This document shows positions 13,440 through 25,358 of a stretch of 64,000 nt of DNA, in pieces (within the stretch, counting starts at the first letter, position 1; every line of letters starts with the position of its first letter). The notes beneath the pieces are model-generated. The model worked only from the letters and a program-made list of their open reading frames with translations. It ran no database searches and had not been told where the DNA came from. The position numbers and the translations under genes are program-made. Location of the stretch: NCBI GenBank assembly GCA_907165135.1, contig OU015567.1, positions 8,928,001 through 8,992,000 on the forward strand. Direction: 5' to 3'. The stretch is from Oikopleura dioica. Its lineage: Eukaryota; Animalia; Chordata.

Positions 13440-15189
13440 ATGCGTTGTTATCTTTCACCAAGTCAACTTTGTAAAAACCTCGTCACACTTTTTGCCATCG
13501 CCGTCGTCTTCCAACTCACGAGATTATTAACAGACGAGCTCGATGCAGAAACGAAGCCTCCACAGAGTTCCTCACTCACTGCCTCAGGAAGCCACAAAGA
13601 ATATGTCAGGGTTATGCCTGGCGCATCGCCGGACAAGTCCGGAAAGTACTCCATCCATCGTTTTTACAAAGCGGAAGGTTTTGGCAGTCATATGAAGGCT
13701 AAAGATATCACCATGGTTTCACATGTCACGATTGATAAAATGCACCTTCTGTTTTGGGGCTCGAATTTTTATTTGCTTATCAGGGCGTGGTCCTTATCCT
13801 TTATTTAAGGGGAGTCCTCAACAAGATTATTGACGAAATTTCTCTCTTCAATTATGAATTTCGAAAGAAACAAGCCAAATTGTAAAGCCGCAGTGCGGCT
13901 TTTTCACGATCTTACCTTTTTCTCGAAACATGAAAGTAACGCTGAATGCCCAAAAAAGAGAGTGATTAATTATTCGAGCCCGTCGAAAGATGGAAATGTC
14001 TGAACGCTGGGATGGACCGATGTCAGTATCAATTTTCGCACCTGGCCTTGATGCGAGTTTTGCTGATGATGCGATCGACGGCTTACGACTCTGCTGGCCT
14101 GTTCTCAGAGAGTTTATGACATTTCATCTTGGTATAAAAATTAAGGATGATCGATGATCAGCTTATTATTTTAGTGTATCCAACCGATACGCCGGCAAAT
14201 ATGACAAATACAGGCACATTCGCGTACCTTTCTTGTAAGGACATTACGAGGCGATTGATGACGCAGAAATCTGTCATGCAAACGGACGAAAACCTCGCGT
14301 ACAATATTCAGTATCCTCACAATCTACTGCGGAACATCGCTAGAGAAGGCGCTCTAACTGAATTCGACCTCGGTACGAAACGCAAAGCGAAACTCTTTTA
14401 AATAATTTCTCAGTTGTCGACGCGGGCATGATTCCATCGGACAATCTTCGTCCACTTTTCATCGAATTCGCAAGAGTAAATGGGCTCTTTTCGAAAGTTG
14501 GAGAGGACGAAACTCCTCAAAACATTGCATACGTTCTACCTACTTACGAAGTTCGGTCGGAGGTCCGGCTCCCCTATACGAAGAAAGAGCTCCAAGGTAA
14601 AAATTCAAATCTCAAATCCCTTATCAAAACTGTCATTACTGGCAAAAGTACCAGTGTAGAAGATGCCATTTTGCCGAAGATTTTCAAAGAAGAGATTTTA
14701 ATAATAATTAACCTAGGACTTGTAAACGATAAAAACGCCCGAATTCTGATGCAAGAAACTTGCTGGTTCTGCCAAAAAGCCACCGACTACGATAGATGGA
14801 TTGCAGAATCTGCACAAACAGACTTTGGTGTTTCTTATCCAGTGCCATTTACGAAAACTTGGATGCCATTTTTCATTTCTAAAAGAAAAACAACGCCGAA
14901 ATTCGACGAGAACTTTTACTACTACGGATACGATCGGCTGATACAAGTAGATTTCATTTTCTTTTCGTCCCTTTTTATTTGGATTTTTCAGATCTGCGAG
15001 ATGAAAATTTCCAGCTTTTCTTTTCAAGTTCTATCTCAAGGATTTCTCGTCTCGAGGGGCTACAAAGTAAAGGCATCTCTATCAGCAGAAGAAAAACGAG
15101 TCAGGGATGACTGGAAAGAGTTCAAAGCGGACTTCCAAAAAGCGCTAGAAAAACATGGACACACTGATGAGGCGTATCAACAGTGTTAG
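13440..15189 (+). CDS. B4GAT1: B4GAT1/B3GNT1-like GT49 glycosyltransferase homolog, type II membrane
   Basis: N-terminal TM, then SERWDGPMSVSIF, YPHNLLRNIAREGA, VLPTYEV, CWFCQKATDYDRW, PKFDENFYYYGYDRLIQICE and GFLVSRGYK, colinear with B4GAT1. One splice junction (~13750-13990) could not be resolved. Confidence 0.85.
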
Positions 15190-15274
15190 GCACGCGGTCT
15201 TGAAAAAAAAGCTAAATCGTTACGTAAGATGAAATCAAGGAAGAGTACCCCCTTCCGCCCAGAGAAAAAAGATT

Positions 15275-15346
15275 TGCGATGGCCGGGAATCGAACCCGGA
15301 TCTAATGCTTGGAAGGCATCAATGCTGACCATTACACCACCAACGC
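15275..15346 (-). tRNA. tRNA-Gly (anticodon TCC)
   Basis: GCGTTGGTGGTGTAATGGTCAGCATTGATGCCTTCCAAGCATTAGATCCGGGTTCGATTCCCGGCCATCGCA. Cloverleaf with A and B boxes and a downstream T-run terminator. Confidence 0.95.
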
Positions 15347-15977
15347 TTGGGAGCGCCTCTGTTTATTTTGAATATAATTCACGACCGCGAAAAAGACTTT
15401 CAAAAAAAAAAAACGCCTCTCTACAAGTAGAGGTCGCTAAAAATGAATACTTATTTAATTTTACTACACAAATCACCGCCACTGTCAATACGATGATGTA
15501 AATATCCAGCTATCTTCAAAATTCGACCATTCAACGATGGGAAAATATATATCCGCAAACTTTAGAATACTGATTAATTATGTTTATTTTTAATTTAAAT
15601 TTTGTCTTTCATCAATTTTCACACCATTTTCTTCAAAAAAGGTCACCTGCTCGGCCAAAAACAGCCACGACCAAAACCACCATTGATTCTATTTCTCAAG
15701 CGAATCCTACTATTTTATACTTTCTGTAAAACAACTCGTCAAATCGTCAAAAATGCACCGTATTTATAAATATGCACTATGATATTTAGTCTTATTGTTT
15801 TCTGTACTTTTGAACATGAATAAACAAAAATATAAAAATGACGCTGTTTCTTACAAAAATATATATTCAAAGGTTTAGTTAGAAAATGAACTCAAGCAGA
15901 AACCAGTCAATTCGTGAAGAAACTTCATCAGTTATTGCTAGGGTCCAAAAACTGAATAGTCAGTTGTGTTTACTTCC

Positions 15978-16661
15978 TTATTCCTCGTCGCTTGCTTCGT
16001 CTTTTTCTACAGTTTCGACATCAGCGATTTCAACGGTATTCTTTCGGAAGAAAAAGTACCACACACCAGCGCCACCAAGGGCCACAGCAGCTGTGCATCC
16101 AAACGTCAACCCAAGGATCAGAGCCAAGTTTGGACCTTCATCTTCTTCTTCTGTCGTTTCAGTTTTTAGTGGCTCCCCCGTTGTGCCAGTAACTGGTTCT
16201 TCAGTTGTCGTATTTTGTCCTCCGTCTCCACTGGACTCTCCAGACCCCTCTGGCTCCTGGGTCGTCGTTGGTTTTGTACTAGGCTGTTCAGGGGACTCGG
16301 ATGTGGTCGTTTCCGTATTAGGGTCTTCAGTACCTGGAGCATTAGTTTCCTGAGGAGCTTCTGTGCCAGGATTTGATGGTTCTTTCGTGGCAGTAGCACC
16401 TGTAGAAAATTCAGGATCGGTGACAGCTTCTGTTCCAATTTCTGTTTCCTCTGTATTAACAGATTCAGACGTCTCAGGTTCGGGTGTCGTTACTATTTTT
16501 GCTCCAGTTGTTACAGTTTCATCTGTAGGTTCAACGTCCGCAGCTGTAGAATAAAATTCAGGCTCAGTTGTAAGGAAAGCGTGTGCACCTATCAGCCCGA
16601 AAAGGATCTAAAAAATATAAATAAAGCCATCAAAAATTTAAATTCTTACTAAAATCTTCAT
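15978..16661 (-). CDS. Small type I membrane mucin/proteoglycan-like protein, copy A
   Basis: MKIL|ILFGLIGAHA signal split by a short intron, T/E/P-rich stalk with EGSGESSG, TM GPNLALILGLTFGCTAAVALGGAGVWYFFFRKN, acidic tail. Confidence 0.85.
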
Positions 16662-16704
16662 GGTGACGGTTTGGTATGCGTGTGTTCAGAAGAAGATGAT
16701 CCTG

Positions 16705-16770
16705 TTTTATAGAGCTTTCGGTTTGTTTACTGTTACCATGGCGGAAATCGGAAAAGCAGGTACCGCATAT
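16705..16770 (-). promoter_or_regulatory. Conserved promoter module of copy A (TATA box plus 20-bp motif containing forkhead-type TGTTTAC)
   Basis: TTTTATAG (TATA on -) at 16705 and TTTGTTTACTGTTACCATGG at 16722-16741, both repeated upstream of copy B. Confidence 0.65.
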
Positions 16771-17508
16771 GCAGGCGACATCTTTAACACTTTCACATTC
16801 CCATAAAAACGCAATAACTCTCTCAAAATCAACTGAGTGCGACCCTGTCACAACGGCGCCGCATCTTGATTTTCACGATACTGTCTGAAGTGAAGTGGGT
16901 ACTACTTGTGTTGGGGTAATAAAACACATACTATTACCTTGAATATTCAAGTGAATTACAACAGTAGTCTCCCATTCCAACTATTCATTCATGAATTTGT
17001 CTTTGCCAACACTTCGCCGGGTCGTTAGTCGCGGCAGATATGGTATCAATCAACCAGTAACTGACACAATATCGTATTTTATAACGCCGGAAAGTAGTAC
17101 TGTCACAAAAACGCCATGAAACACGGATGCAATAAAAGAGTCCTGCCATTTTCTTCTTACGAAACATCTTCCTTCCTAGGAATATTTCGATCTCGTTTCC
17201 AAAACAAGGAAGTACAATAAAATGTTATTGAATTTATCCGACTGAAAAAAGCACTATTGTATGAACTTCTGAATTGCTTACTCCGAGTAAGTTACTCGCC
17301 TGAAAGGGTCTCACCTGTAGAATCTAAAATCGGCCCGCTAAAACAACAAGAATGAAGAAAACAACGCATTGTGATGTGTGAATTTTTCCATGGTTTTACA
17401 AAAATATATATTCAGAATAGCTAAACACGCTGAACTCTTGCAGAAACCAGTCAATTTAAAAGCAAAACTTCATATGTTTTTGCTTGAGTCCAGAAAGAGA
17501 GTCGCTGT

Positions 17509-18074
17509 TCAGTCATCTTTTTGATCATTTTTGGTTTGTGTCTCCTCTCTTTCCTCTTCTTTGTCCTCGGTCTTATCGTCTGACTCTTCTTTTTTCTCAT
17601 CGATTTCTACCATTTCAACATCTGCAACTTCAACAACGTTCTTTCGGAATAAGAAGTACCAAACTCCGAAAGCGCCAATGCCAACAGCAGCAGTGCATCC
17701 AAAAGTCAGGCCAAGAATTAGACCCAAATTTGGTCCATCGTCGGCGTCCTCGGCCGTAGTAAAATCTTCAGTTTCTGGTGTTGTGGTTGGTTTAATGGTG
17801 GTTGTAGTATTTGTTTTACTGGTGGTTGTAGACGTTGGTTTAATGGTTGTTGTAGGAGTTGGTTTATTGGGGGTTGTAGACGATGGTGTATTAGTGCTTG
17901 TAGCAGTTTCAGTAGTGGTCTCTACGCCGTCACCAGATCCTGCACCTGAACCTTCAATCAACATGATCTCATCTTCAAGTCGGAATTGGAAAGCATGTGC
18001 GGCTATGAGCCCAAAAAATAGCTAAAAAATATTTTTAAATAGTCAACAAACAAATCTCTTACGAAAATCCTCAT
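17509..18074 (-). CDS. Small type I membrane mucin/proteoglycan-like protein, copy B (tandem paralog)
   Basis: Same 2-exon layout (MRIF|LFFGLIAAHA), EGSGAGSGDG, TTTIKP repeats, near-identical TM GPNLGLILGLTFGCTAAVGIGAFGVWYFLFRKN. Confidence 0.85.
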
Positions 18075-18119
18075 GGTATTGGTATTTGGGAATGCTTCTG
18101 TCAGCAGGAAGGGGTCTTA

Positions 18120-18180
18120 TTTTATAGACTCCAATTTGTTTACTGTTACCATGGGCAAAATTCGGAAAGTCAGTACCGTA
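18120..18180 (-). promoter_or_regulatory. Conserved promoter module of copy B
   Basis: TTTTATAG at 18120 and the identical TTTGTTTACTGTTACCATGG at 18135-18154, with the same spacing to the ATG (44 vs 46 nt). Confidence 0.65.
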
Positions 18181-19432
18181 TCTCCGGCGTTTAAGACTCT
18201 CAGAAGTTCATAAATAAATAGATTTTGCTCGCTCATTTTGAGAGCCCTTCTTTCAGCCTCAAATGAGTGAAGATTTGCGACAATTTAATGATGAGCTTAC
18301 CGTTTGTTAGGTTTTACTACACCCGCTCTTTAGGGGGAACTACCAGCGCAACCCACTGTAGTAATTCTTTGAGTGTATTCAATACAGTCTTTCAAAATAC
18401 AACTTCTGGTGTCCCCACTTGGCCACTAATTTATTGGCAATAAAAGTGACTATTTGGGCTAGACCATCCCGAATGTGAATTTATAGCCAAAAAATTACAG
18501 CATAAGTTTGAATTGCAAATAATTCTGAGTAGGGCTTAGCTGATAACTCAGCTCCTTCTCCAAACTGACTCCAGAGAACGCATTTTTCTTGCGAAATTGT
18601 CCTACGACTATTTGTCGCATTGTCTCCAAAACAAGCAGGCGATAGTATAGGCAAACAATCTCAACTGGACACAAATACCGTAAGAAAAAGTATAAGAATG
18701 TGGACTGTGGATTGACCATCGTGGGATTTTTCATGTTTTCTCTTCAGATTCTTATGGCTTAGTAGCTCAAGCTCAAGTCAACCAAAAAGTCTGCTTCAAC
18801 ATCAAAAATATTGAATCGAAACATTATGAAACATAATTTATGTTTATTCCAGAAAAGGATCGGGTTAGGGTTAGAATATCGGATTTCCAAGGAGATATTT
18901 GGATTAGGGTTAACCCGGTTAGGCCATCTCTCTGACAAATACAAAAATGTATCAAGAAAAGTACGATAGCAATTTTTCTGTAGCAAGTTTCATGAAAAAA
19001 ATCGGACTCGTACTCTTACTGACTGCAATTTACAGTAGAGCCATGTAACGCGGATGCTACATTATCATAAAACCATTGGTTACGGAATCATTTTCACACA
19101 AAATCATTGTTTGCTTCTTTGTTTAGATGAAAGTAGGAAAATTCTACCTTCCTAGGAAATTCCTCCTGGTCGCCAAAACAAAGAAGTACCATAAAACTTC
19201 ATTAAATTTATTTCACCTCACTATCTTTCAAAAGAAAAAAAGTAAAAGTAAATTCTAGTAACGCCTCAGTACGTGACTAAGACATTTTTGATTTGCTTGG
19301 CCGACTCATCGCAAAAAATTCGATGACTAACCGGGTTAGTCTAACCCAGTTGATTGAAAAAATACCGCGAAAAGAAGGGAAAATAATTTTCAGTTTTTCA
19401 GCCATAATCAACGCGGGTTCTTAATTTCAGAG

Positions 19433-21948
19433 ATGGAAAATAACAATCTGGGCAGAGAGTTTTTGAATGCTGTAGATCAGGCGATGGGAGTTGATTATCA
19501 GGCCAACCGACGTTATCCACAAGATGGGAATACAAGAGGCGTTCCAGTGCATCCGCCTTCGCGTAATTATGTGACAGTCAATATAAATGCCAGCGGAGGA
19601 TCTCAGCAACAAAGGTAATGATTTTTCGCGAAGCGTTTTTCATCATTATTTCTTCATTCAGAATGAATCATTCCACATTTTGTAAATTTCAGATACAATA
19701 GCCAGCCGTCTACATCAGGCTTTCAAAGCAGCCAGAATCAATTTCAAAACCCAGGAGCTTTTAATCAACAGCAACTGTACCCTACTGGTATGATGCCGCA
19801 GAACCAACCTATTCCAGGGAAAGCTACAAATGCTCTTCAACCTCTTCGACCTCTTCAACCGGGATCATTCTATCGCATGAAAATGAAGGAACTACTAGGG
19901 AAAATACAAGCTCTTAGTGGAAACAAATACCTTCACCAAGATCCAGAGCAAATTGCTTACATCCAGTATGGACTAAGTAACACAGGAGGTATGATCATTC
20001 TCTCGACGAAAAAAATATAAATTTATACGAAAGACGCGGCAAAAATGTAGAGTGGAGGACTCTCGCCCAAGTGGACTCTCGCCCAAGTGGACTCCCGCCC
20101 AAGATGGACTCCCGCCCAAGTTGGGCGAGAGTCCTTTTGGGCAAGAGTCCATGTGGAAATTTTCAACAATGAGAAACAGAAAGTTGGGCGAGAGTCGATC
20201 TTGGGCGAGAGTCCTCCACTCCAATTGTTAATGACTATTCAATGACAAAAGAAAGCAATGAGCTGTATATAATAAATATGCAATGTGCTTTATATAAATT
20301 AAAGTTAGGGTTAGGGGGCATTGGACAAAATGACAGAACAACCTTACCCTTCAGTAACCCTAACTAACCCTAGACTAGACCCCGGCATCTTAGGACCTAA
20401 GGGGCGAAGCCCCGTGGTAAGGGGCAATTAGATTTGATAATTTCGGCTGAAAAGTGGTGCAGTAGGACTGACCTTCTCTTTCAGCCTAGTCGAGGATTAG
20501 CACTTTTTTGAGAGTTCCAGTTTTATTAGCGAAGCGCTATATTTTCTCACATCAAAGAATTTATGCTTTCGCTTATCTTGCTGGACAAACCGAAACTGGA
20601 ACTCTCAAAAAAAGTGCTAATCTTCGATTAGGTTTAAAGAGAAGGTCAGTCTTACTGCACCACTTTTCAGTCGAAATTATTAAAATTATTTAAATTACCA
20701 TCAGTAACCCTAACTTACCCTAGCCTATCCCTCTCGGGTAAGGTTGTTCTGTCATTTTGTCCAGTGCCGCCTAACCCTAACTTTAATTTTTATCAAGTAC
20801 ATTTCATATATATTATATACAGCTCATTGCTTTCTTTTGTCATTGAGTAGTCATTAACAATTGGAGTGGAGGACTCTCGCCCAAGTGGACTCTCGCCTAA
20901 GATGGACTCCCGCCCAAGTTGGGCGACAGTCCTTTTGGGCGGGAGTCCACTTGGGCGAGAGTCCACTTGGGCAAGAGTCCTCCACTCAAAAATGTACAAT
21001 CGATGTTGTCTTACAAAGATTGAAAACCTAACGAAACACTTGAACGCTTTACAGTATATAACCAATTCCAGGAAATGGCTGCTTGATGATATTTGCAATA
21101 AAGAGGATATTATACCGTTTTGAATCAATTCCAGCCTTTCAAAGACGTCGATTCGACCTTCTCGAAGATTTCGAGAGAGATTCTTTCGAAACGCTTGTAA
21201 AAGACCTAGATAAACGACATTTTCACAGCTCACCTTATAATTGTGAAGTGGGCGGTGTTTTCAATTATCATGGGGATTTGGCCTACACTGAGCGAGCATA
21301 CAGAATGATCCGCGACTTTGAAGATACCATGCAACAATTTAGTAAGAAAATCATAGAAAAGGCATCTTTTATTTTTTCATTTTTAGACACTCAAAGTCAA
21401 GTAAAAAAGCTCAAAGATCAAATCGCCAGGGAAAACGCCCGAATCGACGTGGAAGAAAGAAAGCACCTGGAGGAGCAGAATATCAAAAAGTGGCGAGACT
21501 TGAAACAGTGCGAGGAGATTCTGAAAATTGCGTCTAATTGCGATCACGAGAAACAAGACTCCAACTGTTGGCTAAAAGAATGCGCCGAGTAATTACTTTA
21601 TACTCGAACAAAATTAATCGTTGTTATTCAGAATGAAGTTTTTCATTAAACACTCAAAGGACTGTCAAATATCAGAGTGTTCGATGTGCAACGGGGTAAG
21701 TTCAACTTTCTATGGCATTTGATCATTCGATCTTTCATTGAAGTTTTTTGGTCTGTGCACCTATCATGCCAAAAACTGCGAAAACAGTGCTACTTGCAAG
21801 ACGGTCTACTGCAAAGAAATCAAAGAAAGAATCTACGAAGAAGAGCTGGAAGTTGCGGAAGAAATCGCTGGAATTCTTCAATGAATTAATGTTACTTTCG
21901 TCAAAAAATGTGAAGAATGAAGTAAATAAACTTCTCCAAGAAGCTTGA
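19433..21948 (+). CDS. Multi-exon Q/P/N-rich protein with coiled coil and a C-terminal Cys/His (TAZ-like) cluster; interrupted by a foldback element
   Basis: Exon ORFs 19433-19618, 19790-19989, 21083-21592 and 21748-21948 with short introns. The exon reading DAAKMYNR is split at 20050. Exon structure is partly inferred. Confidence 0.55.
20050..20987. mobile_element. Foldback / Mutator-type non-autonomous element (938 bp)
   Basis: 9-bp TSD AAAAATGTA (20041-49 / 20988-96), termini GAGTGGAGG...CCTCCACTC, long imperfect inverted arms around a ~20525-20590 loop, modular GGACTC(T/C)CGCCCAAG repeats. Confidence 0.9.
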
Positions 21949-22062
21949 ATAAAAGATAAACTTCATGATTTATTGCTCAGTAGAATTTTTTGCGTAATGG
22001 CAGAGTTTGTTTCAAGCTGAGGCTTTTTTGGGATCAGCTTTTTTTCATTATTAGAACCTTGG

Positions 22063-24198
22063 CTAATGAAGAATATTTAAGATGGATCCCGTTATCATAG
22101 GTTGAAGAAGGTTCTCTCTGCTTTCTTTCGGCACTGTGCATTCGTCTTTCGTTTTCAAGGTGCTTCGGTCTGTTGCTCGAGTAGCATGGCTAGCAGTTCT
22201 GCTTATGTAATGGTGGAACTGCTGGCATAGAATCTTTGAAGCGGTTTTCAGATTTACTCTTGCTTTTGAAAATGATGAAAATTTCTGAAAACGATCATTT
22301 TTGGAGAATCTCTTCCAAAGCAAAGCAAGGCGATTTCGGTAGCCGTATGACAGGAATGAGTAGATGACAGGATTAAGAGTTGAGTGGACAATCGTTAAGC
22401 TATAGTTGATTTTAACAAGCTTGATTATCTTAAATATCCTACACTCGGGCTGCCTCGCCAAATCGTTTGCAATTTTTTGAGTCTAAGATCCCTCCCATTG
22501 TCTAAAAGAGGCAATAGATATCGTGTTTGAACTTCCACTCTAACCTGAAGATAGCCAAATAGATGAAATGGGGTCAGTGCGAAAAAGTAGCACATGACGA
22601 GAATTGCTATTAGCAAAGTCGCTCGTGATCGGTAATTTTTGCCGCCAGATTTATTCAGCATTTTTGGATTAGTTTTCTGCAAAACAATCTGGAGCATACG
22701 ATTAGTAATCAAGAAGGGTAATCAAATCTTCTTACCAGGATATTCGAATAGCAAAATACGATCGTCAAGAGCGGTAATAAATACCCAATAATGAACAGAA
22801 ATCCTCGCCACTAAAATAATGGTCATCAAGCCATCTAATAAAATTTGACTGACTATGACGATCTTTTCTGGCTGTCGACACAGACATTCGTTGAATTGGT
22901 GATCGTCGGTGGCCTCGTATGCTAAATAAGATTTGAAAAATAAAACACAGAAAACCCGGTACCTGACGAGTTCAAGTATGTCTTCACGTGATCCTCACAA
23001 TCGGCCTGCGTCAGAGATGATGATTCCAGCTCATCTTTGCTTAGCTGCTGGCAAACTTGGCCGTTCATTTTGACATCCTCGGGCTCAACAAGGATAATGC
23101 CACAGGTATTCATTTCCTCTCCACCCGCATTAGACCATTTTCCTACATCGGTCATTCCAGGCAGAACTTTATTTCGGATTTTCAGATTCTCTTCCTTGTT
23201 ATCAAAAAATCAACGATGAAATCTCTCAATCCGTTCCTAGAACAACGGCAATTATCCAGACGACTAGGCACAAGGCAGTCATTTTGTTCGTTGAAGTCCT
23301 GGAAATTTTAAGACGAAGATAAATTGTCAAAAATACCTCAGCTTGCGTGCGAGTTTCAAAAAGGCAGAACGGTTAGTTGAGCTCATTATAGCAACGTATC
23401 TATCAATGGATAGAAGAGTGAGCATAAGGACTGATACGAAGAAGTTCGCTGATTGTGTGAAGACTTGATATGTACAGGAAACAGCGGATGCAGTGAACTC
23501 TTTATTTCTCCGTGTGGCCATTGCAAGCGGAATCGTCGTCTAAAACCGATTATGCAATCAACAAAGAGCAATCAACTATTGCTCACAAGATAAAGCAGGT
23601 CTGCCATGGCCATATGTGTCAAATATAAACTAGTTGGCGATCGCTTGTCTCCTGGATCACCTGCCAAAAGAACCAATAAAACGAGCATGTTCATCTTTTA
23701 TGTTGGATATAAATTGGTTTGCATTAAAATTCTATATAACATTAAGACATTCGGCATCTGTCACTTTATGTTATTTATCTCACATCCAAGCCGGAACGCC
23801 GAAGACGAAGCACATCCAGTAAATGACTAAAATATATCCGCGTGAGCGTGAAATGACTGATTTACATATAGATTGGCACTAATTTGACGGAGGTCACGAT
23901 TAGAGCGAATGCAGATTTCACATACTATTTTGAGGCTGTCCTGATGTCACGAATTGACGGTTTGCGCTTTCCATTTTTCCTAGTATTTCGTCCATGTCTG
24001 AATTGACACGTTAGAATTACAGCAGTCACCAGCTAACGAGCAACAGTTCATTTTACTCTGACTTGTAGACAAAAACCGAAGTCAAAAAATAATACTGCAA
24101 GTCTCACCGAATTCAGCATTGACAACAGTTTCGGTTCCATTAGCGGGCATCAACTCTCCTGATCCAAAATCAGACGGCGGAAAAGTTTCCGGTCCCAT
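22063..24198 (-). CDS. Class A (rhodopsin-like) peptide-receptor-type GPCR, multi-exon
   Basis: TM2 SLYLTHMAMADLLYL, TM3 VLMLTLLSIDRYVAI, TM6 ATLLIAILVMCYFFALTPFHLF, TM7 HSTLNPVIYSFL, N-terminal NGT sequon. Start codon uncertain. Confidence 0.85.
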
Positions 24199-25358
24199 AA
24201 GCTTAAGCAATCTTTCTTCGTCGAAGACCCATTGCTGGAATTCATTTGGGAACTTTTGCCGGCAGATTTCCGTGTTTCCTTTTTCGGGCTTCAACAAAGA
24301 AGCAGACCATTTCTCTTGTTATGTTAGAAGCCGTGGCTATATTAAAAGAATCCATGCCAAATTGACAGTCAGCTTTAGTCTCTCGCTTTCATCTGAAATT
24401 GGAATGAAAATGCAGATCTATACGCTGTGCGCTTGTGATGCGTATGCATTAGGGTTAAACAGGTAATTATACAAGGTATGGAATCGATCATACTGTTTTC
24501 AAGTTCAGTTTGATTCACTTGACTCTCTTCTGAATTCCCGCGCATATTCGGAAAAAGCTTAAACTTCAGACTGACCTTATAAAATAAACTCGGCTCCCGT
24601 CGAGAGTTCGCTAGTAACAGTCAATATTATATTTCGCCTCTATGTCCTCTTCACTCTCGCGAAAATTGAAAATGAAGACCCTCGTCCCCTGCCATTTATT
24701 AAAAATGAGAGTTACTGGTTGCGTGGTGAACTATATAGTCTAGTATTTATATATATAACGTATTAATATTATGCTGAGAACCACCAAATGGGAGAGAAAG
24801 CCCTAAATTTTTAAGCACTCTTCGTTCACGCGAATAATCCTTTATGTCAGTCAAGCTAAGTAGTTCAATACCTGCAGTTGAGGTCAATTCTGATTTTTTC
24901 TCGGAAAGCTATTAATTCTCTGTGATACTGATTTAGCGTCGAATAGAGTCGAGTTAAAAATCGTGGAAAAAGTAAGAGAATACGAGGGAGGATATCAATT
25001 AACTGCGGAGTATTCCAGACCCATTATCTCATACGGCGAAGATTAGCCGATCTGAACACCGCTGATCGGTCTCTTGCTCTGGCAATCTAACTCTGGACTT
25101 ACGCAAACACTGTATACGCGATGCAGACTGAAAACACTCAGTGGAACTAGTTCGATTTGCTCAGATGATGAGAGAATAACCCAGCGGGAAGCACTTTAGT
25201 CAGACTCGGAAAAGTTGAAAAACATAAAAACTCGACAGGGGTGTTGTGAAGGGCCTATTGAAATTCAATTTATCCTGCTTATTTGATGAACTCTGAATAA
25301 TGATATACAGGAATTTCGAAGAGAGATGAATCAATTTATTCACTTTTATAAGTAAAAT

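Noticed and set aside
18495-18986. Short minus-strand ORFs between paralog B and the Q-rich gene
   Set aside because: No recognisable domain or consistent splice model; possibly a decayed insertion containing TTAGGG repeats.
20050-20221. Regularly spaced 16-17-bp repeats resembling a CRISPR array
   Set aside because: There are no unique spacers, the repeats flip orientation and belong to a TIR element with a 9-bp TSD, and the context is eukaryotic with no cas genes.
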